Source: an uncultured Candidatus Saccharibacteria bacterium
Lineage (GTDB): Bacteria; Patescibacteriota; Saccharimonadia; Saccharimonadales; Saccharimonadaceae
Length of the DNA stretch: 63,682 nucleotides
NCBI GenBank assembly: GCA_964443595.1
Contig: CAYUDH010000001.1
Coordinates: forward strand, 1-63,682
Direction of reading: 5' to 3'
Below, piece by piece: positions 1-9,272 of this stretch (positions within the stretch are counted from its first letter, which is position 1; each line of letters opens with the position of its first letter). The position numbers were made by a program, and so were the translations under genes. Below the pieces are notes generated by a model. The model was not told the DNA's origin. It was given only the letters and a program-made list of their open reading frames with translations, and made no database searches.

Positions 1-127
1 TCCAGAGCTTTTTCATTTGCATGTCGTAGCGGGCGCTGCGGGGAGCTTCGGCTTTACGATGTTTAAAAATCGGAAACAAGAACGCTAAATACAGAGCTAT
101 AATTGCAATAAACGCAACACCTATCAT
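1..127 (-). CDS. Partial CDS (5' end only), N-terminally membrane-anchored protein
   Basis: Manual translation MIGVAFIAIIALYLAFLFPIFKHRKAEAPRSARYDMQMKKLW runs off the window edge; TGGTAAAAT -10 lies 6 nt upstream of the ATG. Confidence 0.6.
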   Translation of the reverse strand, partial: MIGVAFIAIIALYLAFLFPIFKHRKAEAPRSARYDMQMKKLW

Positions 128-224
128 AGCTCTATTTTACCATAAAAAGCAAGTTTTTGGCGAAAAATAACACGGTAGATGGCTGTGCCATAAATGTATT
201 TTCGTTTGGGGCGCAGCGCGCAAG

Positions 225-896
225 CTATAATAAGTCAGCTACGAGGTGTAACTTAATATGACCATTTTTACTTAAGTTGTCGTATAAGTTGATGAACTTG
301 GGCAATTTAGCGAGAAATCGGTCATTGTGGGTTTTGAAGTAACTTTTGTATAGGATTTCGATGGCAGTGGCGACAATATCCATAGCTTGCTGGCGAGGCT
401 GAGTTTTGGACTTGGCGAGCTCGGTGGCGAGGGCGGGGAGATTACGCGGTGTGGCGCTGATGAGTTTTTTGGCCATAGTGATAGTTTTTTCTTTGGCGGC
501 GGGAGATTGGTCAATTTTCCCTTCTTGCCGCAAGTAAAAAACTTGCGCGCGGGACAGGATGGTAGGCAAAAGCAAACTAGGCTGAGTAGTGAGCAAGATG
601 AAGTGGCAATGCGGCTTGGGCTCTTCAAAAGTTTTGAGGAAGGCGTTTTGGGCGGCTTCGTTCATGGCATCGGCTGGCGTGATGACGAAAAACCGCTCAG
701 TAGTTTCGCGATTATTAGTAAGGCTGAGAAAATCACGGATTTGCTCGACGGTGATGACGGTGGTAGTTTTGGACTCATCGGGGCGTAAATAGACTGGATG
801 TGGTAGTTTGAGCTTGGTATCAGGCGGAACTACGAAAATTCCGCAGGCGACTTTGCTGGCGATTTGGTTGATGTCGGAAAGTTTCTCGAAAAACAT
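225..896 (-). CDS. holB: DNA polymerase III delta-prime subunit-like protein (short form)
   Basis: ITVEQIR, ADAMNEAAQNAFLKTFEEP and LLPTILSR clamp-loader motifs; no recognisable Walker A or Zn-finger N-terminus. Confidence 0.8.
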   Translation of the reverse strand: MFFEKLSDINQIASKVACGIFVVPPDTKLKLPHPVYLRPDESKTTTVITVEQIRDFLSLTNNRETTERFFVITPADAMNEAAQNAFLKTFEEPKPHCHFILLTTQPSLLLPTILSRAQVFYLRQEGKIDQSPAAKEKTITMAKKLISATPRNLPALATELAKSKTQPRQQAMDIVATAIEILYKSYFKTHNDRFLAKLPKFINLYDNLSKNGHIKLHLVADLL

Positions 897-897
897 G

Positions 898-1791
898 TTA
901 TTTGTTCATTACGGTAGTAAAGATTTCTGGTAGTGGTGCGGTAAAAGTTTTGCGGATGTTGCCGTGGTCGCCAGGAATGGTGATTTCGAGATCTTTCGCG
1001 TGTAGCATGAGGCGAGGGGCGGATTTTTCTGTGCTATAAACAGGGTCGCCGAGGATGGGCGTGCCCAGATATTTCAGATGTACACGCAACTGGTGGGTGC
1101 GGCCGGTAATCGGTTTCAGCTCGACCAGACTTTTGCCGTTTCTGGTTTCGAGGACTTGATATTTGGTCTGCGAAGGTTTGCCGTTTTGGTCAACTTGGAA
1201 AGTAGTAGGGTGCTTGAGATTGCGGCTAATCGGCAAATCAATCATGGCTTGAGAATGTTTTGGCGCACCATTGACGATGGCGACATAAGTTTTGTGAGTT
1301 TTGCGATCTTGGAACTGTTTGCGGAGCATTTTCTGAGTGGCAGGGTCTTTGGCGAGAATGACGACGCCAGAAGTGTCGCGATCAAGGCGATGCACGAGGA
1401 GGCCGTAATCTTCTAGGGTGGCTTCGGGGCAATATTCGCCTTTGGCCATGCTGAGCAATCCAGCGGGTTTATTGATGACGAGCACATGCTCATCTTCGTA
1501 AATAATCGGGAGCTGGGGCAAAATTTTTTCTGTGGCGGGGACTTTTAGCTCGATTTTAGCATCGGGCTCAACTTTGGCATTGGGCTTTTGGGTAACTTCG
1601 CCATCGACCGTCACGAAACCAGATTTAATGAAGTTCTGCAAACTAGAACGATTATATTCTGGGTGTTGCTCGACCAAAAGATGATCAAGGCGTTTACGAT
1701 GGTTGGTATTATCCTCTTGTGGCAAAACGGTATCGCCATTGATGACGCGCGATAACTCTGGTTTGCTAAACTTTTTCCCGGTGATAATCAT
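898..1791 (-). CDS. RluA/RluD-family pseudouridine synthase with S4 domain
   Basis: RLDHLL S4 start, INKPAGL, HRLDRDTSG catalytic motif, TGRTHQLRVH, GDPVY. Confidence 0.93.
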   Translation of the reverse strand: MIITGKKFSKPELSRVINGDTVLPQEDNTNHRKRLDHLLVEQHPEYNRSSLQNFIKSGFVTVDGEVTQKPNAKVEPDAKIELKVPATEKILPQLPIIYEDEHVLVINKPAGLLSMAKGEYCPEATLEDYGLLVHRLDRDTSGVVILAKDPATQKMLRKQFQDRKTHKTYVAIVNGAPKHSQAMIDLPISRNLKHPTTFQVDQNGKPSQTKYQVLETRNGKSLVELKPITGRTHQLRVHLKYLGTPILGDPVYSTEKSAPRLMLHAKDLEITIPGDHGNIRKTFTAPLPEIFTTVMNK

Positions 1792-1793
1792 GG

Positions 1794-2813
1794 TTACCTC
1801 AAGCAGAAGGCTTTCTGGACTGCGTATAGTTTGCGATTGGCGACGTCATTGGCATAGACTTCGCCTTCTTCGAGTAGCGCAATTACTTCATCATCGCCAA
1901 TGCCAGCGAGTTTGCGCTGGAATTCGCCGAGGAAGACGGCTAGATCGTCGGCGACTTTTTGTTTGAGATCGCCGTAGTGAGTTTCTCCGGCCCAAGTAGA
2001 GATGACATCTTGTAGTGGGACGCCGTTGACTAGAGCGTCAATTTGCAGTAAATTGCTAATGCCTGGCTGATTAAACATGTCAAACTGAATCTTGCCGACA
2101 GAATCGGTGGTGGCGGACATGATTTTTTTCTTGGCTTGCTCTGGTGTGTCGGATAGCATGATTTTGCTATTCTCAGACGGAGTAGATTTACTCATTTTTT
2201 TCTCGGGGTTCTGTAAGTCGCGGATGCGGATGCCGTCACGCATATTCATAAAGGCGATTTGTTTCTTAGGCTCGGCAGGTAGAGTGAAGATTTCGCCGAA
2301 TTTTTTGTTGAATTTCTCGGCGATGCGGCGGGTGAGTTCGAGATGCTGGAATTGGTCTTCACCGACCGGGATGTATTCGGCATCATATAATAATATGTCG
2401 GCCGCCATGAGGACTGGGTAGTCGAAGATACCAACGTTGACACTATCTTTGCCGGCGCTTTTGTCTTTGTACTGGGTCATACGGTTGAGGTCGCCCATGC
2501 TAGCGATGCAGTTAAGAATCCAGCAGAGTTCGGAATGGGCAGGAATGCGCGACTGGCGGTAAATGTGAATGTTTTGATTGATTTTGAGCCCGGCGGCGAG
2601 GTAATATTTGAGTGAGCGGATGATGTTTTGCTGTAATTCCCCGTCGATGTCGGCGATGATAGAATGTAAGTCGGGGGCAAAAATATTGATATTATAATCC
2701 TCGCTGTGCTGATTGGCTAGGCGCACCATCGGGACGAGCGCGCCCAAAAAGTTGCCGAGCGTAAGTTCGCTATTGGCGCGGATGCCGGTAAGTATAGTTC
2801 CTTTGGTAGTCAT
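1794..2813 (-). CDS. trpS: Tryptophan--tRNA ligase
   Basis: TLGN (HIGH-like), YPVLMAADILLY, PVGEDQFQHLELTR, KMSKS. Confidence 0.97.
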   Translation of the reverse strand: MTTKGTILTGIRANSELTLGNFLGALVPMVRLANQHSEDYNINIFAPDLHSIIADIDGELQQNIIRSLKYYLAAGLKINQNIHIYRQSRIPAHSELCWILNCIASMGDLNRMTQYKDKSAGKDSVNVGIFDYPVLMAADILLYDAEYIPVGEDQFQHLELTRRIAEKFNKKFGEIFTLPAEPKKQIAFMNMRDGIRIRDLQNPEKKMSKSTPSENSKIMLSDTPEQAKKKIMSATTDSVGKIQFDMFNQPGISNLLQIDALVNGVPLQDVISTWAGETHYGDLKQKVADDLAVFLGEFQRKLAGIGDDEVIALLEEGEVYANDVANRKLYAVQKAFCLR

Positions 2814-2961
2814 GATTCCTCCTTGTGTTTAGAATAGATAAGTTAGCAGATGAATCAACTGCGCCAGCAATATTTGTAGTATTGAATCAGACTAAATAAC
2901 TTCATAAGTACTATTATACTATATGGGGTGAATTTTAGCAAAAAGTCGTGATGGTATGGGG

Positions 2962-3915
2962 TTAGGCTTCTGAGCCGGGGCCGAGAATAGTGCCAACAAT
3001 GCCGCAGAGGATGCCGCCGATCAAAAACGCAATCCAGCAGATTTCCCAAAGATCGCCCAGAAATCCGAGTAAAAAGAAGATAATAGTGGCGGATAGCATG
3101 ATGACGCCGCTGATTTTGCCGATTAAGACTTCATTTTTGCGGTCGGTGTGAGTTTGGGGCTTATTGTATTCATCGAGGTTGTATTTGCCGCGACGGATGC
3201 CGACGAAGGTTAAAATTGGTACGGCGACACTAGCGAAGGCCATGAAGATGGCTGGTGAAAAGGTAGAGTCAGAACTCGGGAAAATATCCATGTCTTGGAC
3301 TAGGATCATAGTGGTGATACCGAGGATAAGCAGAACTACGCCGATGGCGATGCCAGTGATAAACTTGGAATTGAAACTTTCGACCGCTGATTCGGGGTAG
3401 CGCGCTTCGATTTGGGGATGTTTGAGTTTGAAATTTGCTAATTTCATACCGTTGACAATGAAGAATGGGACGCCGATAGCGACGCTGCAAAGTAATGCAA
3501 CCAGACCTAAAGTATCATAATAGGCGACGGAAGTATAGCCAAAAGGTTTTAATGCCGTAATGCTGAGCAGGGCGGTGATGCCAAGTAAGATAATTCCTAC
3601 ACCGATGGAAATCCCGAGGCTGAACTTATTCATGAGCTGATCGTATTGTCGGAGAATTGAATCTTGGCCGGCGGTTGAGGTATTGGCGCTATTTGATTGG
3701 ATTTCGCCGCGGACGAGATCATCTAGTTTGCAGCCAAAAACGTTGCAGAGAGCGATGAGCTTTTCGGTTTCGGGATAACTATCACCACTTTCCCACTTAG
3801 AAATGGATTGGCGCGAAACGTTGATTTGCTCGGCGAGCTGTTCCTGTGAGATATTATGTTGTTTGCGTAGGTTTTGTAAGTTGTCACTAAATTGCATGCG
3901 GTAACCTTTGTTCAT
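2962..3915 (-). CDS. XRE-family HTH regulator with C-terminal multi-pass membrane domain
   Basis: LRKQHNISQEQLAEQINVSRQSISKWESG HTH followed by about 6 hydrophobic segments. Confidence 0.88.
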   Translation of the reverse strand: MNKGYRMQFSDNLQNLRKQHNISQEQLAEQINVSRQSISKWESGDSYPETEKLIALCNVFGCKLDDLVRGEIQSNSANTSTAGQDSILRQYDQLMNKFSLGISIGVGIILLGITALLSITALKPFGYTSVAYYDTLGLVALLCSVAIGVPFFIVNGMKLANFKLKHPQIEARYPESAVESFNSKFITGIAIGVVLLILGITTMILVQDMDIFPSSDSTFSPAIFMAFASVAVPILTFVGIRRGKYNLDEYNKPQTHTDRKNEVLIGKISGVIMLSATIIFFLLGFLGDLWEICWIAFLIGGILCGIVGTILGPGSEA

Positions 3916-4146
3916 GTTTTATATTATAACTAATTTTATGGTTGCATTGATATTTTTACTACCAATTTAGGATGACTTTTGAGTATTTCGGTCCGCAACT
4001 GTAGGTTGCGGAGGCATTTGGTGGGCTTTGGTTTGGGTCGGATGACTTAGTAACAGGCTAGAGTGCTGTTTTTGTTGTGCATGGTGCGCTGATTATGATA
4101 GAAAAGGGCTTGAAAATGGGTGCAGATATGATAAAATATAGGTATT

Positions 4147-4223
4147 GGGGTGCTAGCTCATTTGGCTAGAGCGCTTCGCTGGCAGCGAAGAGGTGAGGAG
4201 TTCGAATCTCCTGCACTCCACCA
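4147..4223 (+). tRNA. tRNA-Ala (GGC)
   Basis: Acceptor GGGGTGC/GCACTCC with G3:U70, anticodon arm CTTCG-CTGGCAG-CGAAG, GTTCGAATC T-loop, encoded CCA. Confidence 0.97.
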
Positions 4224-4235
4224 GAATAAAATAAG

Positions 4236-4260
4236 CTCACCGTGAGGTGAGATTGTTTTA
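4236..4260 (+). terminator. Probable intrinsic terminator after the tRNA
   Basis: CTCACC-GTGA-GGTGAG hairpin followed by ATTGTTTT. Confidence 0.55.
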
Positions 4261-4301
4261 TCCTGGGAGCTAGCATAGAATTGAAGCTCAGCGCTAGCTC
4301 G

Positions 4302-5012
4302 TTATCCGCCCGGTCGCGAAGCGATGACGGCGCGGATTTCTGTTCTCTTGCACTTCACAGAGTTGGACGGCGAAATGCTACTAAACCTTTTTATTGGGTG
4401 GCGGATGACGGTTTTGAGTTTCTCGGGGCTGGTGCGGCGAGGATCGCTTAAATAAATTTCGTGGTGGTAACGGGGATTCTGGATGTCGAGCGTGTAACTG
4501 GCTTGAGCTATATAGTTGTGCATTTTAGCAACAGTGGCGGGCTCAGTATCGTAGCTGCCGAGGTGCATACATTGTACGCATTCGCCTTCGTCGTAGGTGA
4601 AGAATTCGACGGCGGAGAAATCGCGCTGTTTCTTGCGGGTGGCTTCGGCAATAGCCCAGTCGAAATCAGCTTGGGTGACAAACTCGGGTAAGCGAATGAC
4701 GGAGATGAAGTTCATGTCGTCTTTGTGGTTATAGTCTAAGGTGTCGGATTGGTCTTGCCACCAAAAACCTTCTAGCGGCGGTACGACGTAATCAAAATAT
4801 CCGGCGATTTGATGGTCGCCACGCTTACTCATCTTGATAGTAAAGGCGATATTGTAGAGTAATTCGATAGATTTTTTATATTCGCCGTTTTCGGTATTTG
4901 GGTTGCCGTGACCGCGGACGGCTAAATAATTCATAACCGGAACTGTGATGATGTTGGGCTGATTCTTGGGAAGGTAAAATTCTTTGTATTCTTTCTTATA
5001 ATCAAATGCCAT
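4302..5012 (-). CDS. GyrI-like small-molecule-binding domain protein
   Basis: MAFDYKKEYKEFYLP, DYVVPPLEGFWW, CVQCMHLGSYD, HHEIYLSDPRR..KLKTVIRHPI. Confidence 0.88.
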   Translation of the reverse strand: MAFDYKKEYKEFYLPKNQPNIITVPVMNYLAVRGHGNPNTENGEYKKSIELLYNIAFTIKMSKRGDHQIAGYFDYVVPPLEGFWWQDQSDTLDYNHKDDMNFISVIRLPEFVTQADFDWAIAEATRKKQRDFSAVEFFTYDEGECVQCMHLGSYDTEPATVAKMHNYIAQASYTLDIQNPRYHHEIYLSDPRRTSPEKLKTVIRHPIKRFSSISPSNSVKCKRTEIRAVIASRPGG

Positions 5013-5080
5013 AATTTAATTATAACATTAAATCTTCAGCGCAACTTGAAGTTGCGGCGGGAGAAAGTGGTTCTTACCAC

Positions 5081-5115
5081 AAAAAGACCTTGCTAAAACT
5101 CAGTAAGGTCCTTTT
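5081..5115. terminator. Intrinsic terminator-like hairpin downstream of the SDR gene
   Basis: AAAAAGACCTT...AAGGTCCTTTT inverted repeat with A/T tracts on both sides. Confidence 0.6.
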
Positions 5116-5125
5116 GTAAGTAAAA

Positions 5126-5881
5126 CTAATTAACCGTGGCACCATCGACAGAAATAATCGTGCCACTGACATAGCTGGCGAGGTCGCTAGCTAGGAATAA
5201 AAAGACATTGGCAACTTCTTGCGGGTCGCCGACGCGGCCGAGCGGGATGTTAGCAGAAACTCGGGCCAGCATGTCTTCGGGGAGGCTGGCGACCATGTCG
5301 GTCTTGGTGACGCCAGGAGCGACGGCGTTGACGCGAATATTGTCTTTGCCGAGCTCACGAGCGAGGGATTTGGTGAGGCCGTTGACTGCGCTTTTGCTGG
5401 CGGGATAACCGCAACCGCTCGGCTGGCCGAAGAAACTAACTATGGAGCTGGTATTGATAATGCAGCCGCCACCCTGATCGCGCATGTAGGGCGCGACGGC
5501 TTTGGAGCAGTCAAAGAGGGCTTTAACATTGAGGCGCATGATGTTGTCGAAGGCTTCTTCGCTGTAATCATAGATGGATTCGCGGGCGGAGATGCCGGCG
5601 TTGTTGACTAGAATATCAATGCGACCAAATTTCTCGATGATTTCGCCGATGGTTTGCTCGACAGATTGGAGATTCCCTAGTTCGGGCGCCATACCAACGA
5701 CTTCCCAGTCGGGATTCTCAGCCTTGAGGGCGCTGACAGCTTTGTCGGCACTTTCTTGGCGTGAGCCGAATAAAATAACTTTGGCGCCTTGTTGCAAATA
5801 AGTTTTGACGATGCTAAAGCCAATGCCGCGAGTTCCGCCGGTGACGACGGCAACTTTATCCTTTAATATATCCGAGATCAT
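5126..5881 (-). CDS. SDR-family oxidoreductase (FabG-like / hydroxysteroid-dehydrogenase-like)
   Basis: TGGTRGIG, NNAG, YPASK, NAVAPG motifs; start moved to 5881 because of the AAGGAGG RBS. Confidence 0.9.
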   Translation of the reverse strand: MISDILKDKVAVVTGGTRGIGFSIVKTYLQQGAKVILFGSRQESADKAVSALKAENPDWEVVGMAPELGNLQSVEQTIGEIIEKFGRIDILVNNAGISARESIYDYSEEAFDNIMRLNVKALFDCSKAVAPYMRDQGGGCIINTSSIVSFFGQPSGCGYPASKSAVNGLTKSLARELGKDNIRVNAVAPGVTKTDMVASLPEDMLARVSANIPLGRVGDPQEVANVFLFLASDLASYVSGTIISVDGATVN

Positions 5882-5937
5882 GTTCCTCCTTTTTAGATAT
5901 TGTAGCACGCTTTGGGGAAATATGCTAAGATAATAAT

Positions 5938-6672
5938 ATGAGTTGGAGGAGAATTATTCAGTACCGTTGGCGTCGCATCTTGGCAGTGTTGGGGGCGGCG
6001 GCTGCGGCGATTGGGCTGGTAATAGCGAGCCCGAATAGTTATGAACAGGTGCTGGAGCCGACCGGAGGCGTAGCAAATGCCGAGGCTCAAGGTGATTTGC
6101 TGGCAGCTATGGTTTTAGAAAAATTGGAGATTAAGGGGCGTGCGCCCAAAACTGGCTACGAGCGGACGGAGTTTTATAAAACTTGGCCGAATGTAGAGGG
6201 ATGTAATTTGCGCCAGCGGATTATTAAGCGGGAGTTGGGCGAAACGGCGAAGCTGGATAGTGATAATTGTACGGTGCTAGGCGGGGAGTTTGATGAGCCG
6301 TACACGGGGCAGCATTTGATTTTTTATGAGAAGTCGGATTTGTCGAAGGGAGTTCAGATTGATCATGTGGTGGCGTTGTCGGATGCTTGGCAGAAGGGTG
6401 CGCAGAATTTGACGGCAGAAACTCGCTATAATTTAGCGACGGACCCGCTGAACCTTTTGGCGGTAGATGCGAGCGCGAACCAGCAAAAGTCGGACGGTGA
6501 TGCGGCGACTTGGTTGCCGAAAAATAAAAGTTTTCGCTGCCAATACATTGCGCGGCAGATTTCGGTAAAATATAAATATCAGCTCTGGGTAACGCAAGCA
6601 GAGCATGACGCGATGAGCCGGATTCTGACATCTTGCCCGAATGAGCCGGCGGTGGGGGTGGAGCTAAAGTAG
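5938..6672 (+). CDS. Secreted HNH endonuclease (DUF1524 family)
   Basis: Signal/anchor, then VQIDHVVALSDAWQKGA, DPLNLLAVD, NQQKSDGDAATWLP. Confidence 0.88.
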   Translation: MSWRRIIQYRWRRILAVLGAAAAAIGLVIASPNSYEQVLEPTGGVANAEAQGDLLAAMVLEKLEIKGRAPKTGYERTEFYKTWPNVEGCNLRQRIIKRELGETAKLDSDNCTVLGGEFDEPYTGQHLIFYEKSDLSKGVQIDHVVALSDAWQKGAQNLTAETRYNLATDPLNLLAVDASANQQKSDGDAATWLPKNKSFRCQYIARQISVKYKYQLWVTQAEHDAMSRILTSCPNEPAVGVELK

Positions 6673-6722
6673 TGAGTTAGCCGAAGTAGGGCTAAAGTTG
6701 GGACAGTTGGGACAGGTAACCC

Positions 6723-7412
6723 CTAAAGAGTCTTGGCTCGGGTGGATTGTAAGTGCTGGTAGATTTCGGCGTGAATGTCGTCGGGAGTGCGGATAGCTTT
6801 ACCATCGGCGGTAGTGCAGTCAATCATGGTCCAGCCGAGGTATTTGGCGATGTACATAGAGTTATCATAGACGGTCTGCAGAAACTCTAGGTTGCGCTCG
6901 TGGAGGTCATTGGCGATGCCTTCGTTCTCGAGGCGACCTTGGCGCATCTTGGTAGCCATATCAAAAGGCATGTGCAAGAAAAAGACATGGTCGGGCTGCT
7001 GGATGCCGAGCTTGTTGTATTCAAAATCGATTACGTAATCCAGGAAGTCGCGCTTTTCCTGCTGATTTTTAATCAAGGCGGGCTGGTAGATGAGGCTAGA
7101 AGTAGTGTAGCGGTCGAGCAGGATAACGCGGCCTTTGTTGTAAAGATTTTTGAGCTTGATACGCCAAGTGATGGCGCGGTCGTAAGCGTAGAGGCTATTG
7201 ATGAAGTAGGGCGAAAGCTGATCGGGAGTACCGTATTCACCCTGGAGGTATTTCTCGACCCCTTGGCCCTGATAAGAATAATAAGTAGGAAAATGATGCG
7301 TGGCAACTTTCTTCCCATCGGCCTCTAAGTGAGTTTTGAGCTTCTCAATCTGAGTGCTCTTGCCAATGCCGTCGGTGGCGCCTTCGATGACGATCAATTT
7401 TCCTAGTTTCAT
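6723..7412 (-). CDS. tmk: Thymidylate kinase
   Basis: IVIEGATDGIGKSTQ P-loop, LLDRY motif, PD..FFL. Confidence 0.88.
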   Translation of the reverse strand: MKLGKLIVIEGATDGIGKSTQIEKLKTHLEADGKKVATHHFPTYYSYQGQGVEKYLQGEYGTPDQLSPYFINSLYAYDRAITWRIKLKNLYNKGRVILLDRYTTSSLIYQPALIKNQQEKRDFLDYVIDFEYNKLGIQQPDHVFFLHMPFDMATKMRQGRLENEGIANDLHERNLEFLQTVYDNSMYIAKYLGWTMIDCTTADGKAIRTPDDIHAEIYQHLQSTRAKTL

Positions 7413-7459
7413 CTTACCTCCTGTTACTTAGATTATAGCATAAGTATGGGAGGTTGGAG

Positions 7460-8914
7460 CTAGTTTGTTGCACTTTCAAGACCGCCAGTGAAGGAAGCTT
7501 GGAGCTTCTCGTGTAGGGTGTCGTAGTCGAAGGTTTCGCCGGCGGTGAGATGTAGAGATAAATGGCGATGAGTAAGCAAGGCGATGCGAGATGAATCGGC
7601 GTAGAGCTTGGGGTCACTGCCGAGCTCATTGAGAGCGGATAATTCTAAATCACTCTGGTAAACGTAGGGTGTAATCTTCCCTTCCCAGTAACCCTCGAGG
7701 CGGTCACTGCGCGGTAGGGTAGGTGACATAGTCATAGTGTCGAGCGCTGACATGAGAACGAAATCGCGGGTGGAGCTGACGGTGCTGAAATCGTCATTGT
7801 AAAAAATGTTGATGAATAGATTGCGGTCGGAGTGGTTTTGCCAATAATCGAGGAGGGGCTGGGTGATGTTGTCGACTAATTCTTGCTCGGTGGAGGCGGC
7901 GACCATGAGGGCAAGCTCGTCTTCGGTGGCGTCTGGAAGAGTGCGGTAGAGATAGTGCGAATTGGGGAAGGCGCGGCTGACGATGGGATTCCGAGTGGTG
8001 CCGAGATACATGGCGGCACCTTTGACGGATTTACTATGGTTGCGCAAGTCGGTGACGGAAAAGACTTCGCCGGACTCTTTGCATTCAAAGAGGCCACTAG
8101 GCTCTGCTTGACTGGCGTAGATAATCTGGTAAGGCTCGCCGCAGAGGATGTAAGTGAGGTCGGAGAGGGTGCGAGTAATCTCGGGTTGGTGAGCCTGAGC
8201 TTGAGCAGTAGAAAGCTGGCGAACGCGCTCGGGGTCATTGGTGATGTTGGTTTCGAAAATGTTCATAATGCCAAGGGCGAGCTCGGCGAGGGTGGCGACC
8301 ATCATGAGACTCAGGATGACTTTGGTGACGGTAGTATTATGCGTGCGGCTGGTGTAGGATTTATTGACGAAGAGTGCGGCAATGAAGAAAATAGCGAGAA
8401 CTAACAAGAGGACTAGCGTGAGGATATGCGGCTGCCAAGCAACGACGCGGCCAGTGAGCCAGATGAGGGCAATCTCGATGACGCTGCCGGCGACTAATGT
8501 CATAGTGAGATAAGTGTGCTGCGGCTGGGCGCGCCAGGCGAGAGTGAGGGCGGCGAGATTGATTAAAGATACAACTCCGGCAGTGATTAAGACGGCGTTC
8601 AGGGCTACTGGGTAGTAAGAAGTGGTGACCCAGCCATAGTCTAGCACGGTGGCAACCAAAATCATCTGCATAGGGCCGATGACGATCGCCATGAGCGTGG
8701 TGAGGGCGAACCCAAAGATAGCTAAGGGCCGGGACCAGTCGCGGCGCTCTTTGACACGAGCTTGCTCGTTGATAAGGCTGGCGGGCCAGAGCAAATCAAG
8801 CGTGCTTAGCTCAGATGTGATGTAATCTTGGCAGGTGATTTCACGCAATGCCAACATTTCTTCATCGCTTGGCCACAAAATTGTTGCCGCATTTCCCACC
8901 GACTGACCTTTCAT
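7460..8914 (-). CDS. Hypothetical membrane protein (about 5 TM segments plus extracytoplasmic domain)
   Basis: Long ORF with hydrophobic helices; start reassigned to MKGQS at 8914 (TGTTAAAAT 7 nt upstream). Confidence 0.7.
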   Translation of the reverse strand: MKGQSVGNAATILWPSDEEMLALREITCQDYITSELSTLDLLWPASLINEQARVKERRDWSRPLAIFGFALTTLMAIVIGPMQMILVATVLDYGWVTTSYYPVALNAVLITAGVVSLINLAALTLAWRAQPQHTYLTMTLVAGSVIEIALIWLTGRVVAWQPHILTLVLLLVLAIFFIAALFVNKSYTSRTHNTTVTKVILSLMMVATLAELALGIMNIFETNITNDPERVRQLSTAQAQAHQPEITRTLSDLTYILCGEPYQIIYASQAEPSGLFECKESGEVFSVTDLRNHSKSVKGAAMYLGTTRNPIVSRAFPNSHYLYRTLPDATEDELALMVAASTEQELVDNITQPLLDYWQNHSDRNLFINIFYNDDFSTVSSTRDFVLMSALDTMTMSPTLPRSDRLEGYWEGKITPYVYQSDLELSALNELGSDPKLYADSSRIALLTHRHLSLHLTAGETFDYDTLHEKLQASFTGGLESATN

Positions 8915-9002
8915 ATATATTATTTTAACATAAAGATTTTGATTTGTGGGAAAAATGTAGGAAAATGGCTGCTTGAGGCTGGTTTTATGGCGGTGTGCAA
9001 CC

Positions 9003-9032
9003 AAAAAGCTCCCCGGTAGGAGGCGGGGAGCT
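9003..9032 (-). terminator. Intrinsic terminator downstream of FISUMP gene 1
   Basis: Minus strand AGCTCCCC-N10-GGGGAGCT followed by a T-tract. Confidence 0.75.
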
Positions 9033-9053
9033 GAAAGGCGCTAGCCGCTGAGA

Positions 9054-9082
9054 TTACTGGGCGACGCAGCGGACGGATGCAA
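9054..9082 (-). repeat. Duplicated 3' end of a FISUMP gene (encodes SVRCVAQ-stop)
   Basis: GCGACGCAGCGGACGGA is identical at 9061-9077 and 9280-9296; similarity extends through the stop codon. Confidence 0.8.
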
Positions 9083-9240
9083 CTAATCTGGGTAGTGCTA
9101 AGCGATTTCGTATTTTCTCGGTCCGGTAAGCCTCTGCTTATTGCGAGCAAGCCGCATAGGGCTGTGAAAACGTTCGCGCAATGCGCACCCGGCTTAGCCT
9201 GGAAAAGACCTCGAAAATAGGAATCGCTTAGCTTGGTTGC
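9079..9240. repeat. Palindromic element E1 (MITE/REP-like)
   Basis: GCTAAGCGATT (9097) / AATCGCTTAGC (9222) inverted repeat; core shared with 22301-22383; termini shared with the element at 61871-62115. Confidence 0.7.
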
Positions 9241-9272
9241 CAATCCTATGCTGCAGGAGCCAACATGGGCAA

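Noticed and set aside
2962-5881. tRNA-Ala-anchored genomic island
   Set aside because: Accessory-looking genes flank the tRNA, but no duplicated tRNA 3' end or integrase is visible
9054-9272. DGR template repeat next to FISUMP gene 1
   Set aside because: Similarity covers under 30 bp and has no AAC-rich counterpart of the variable region
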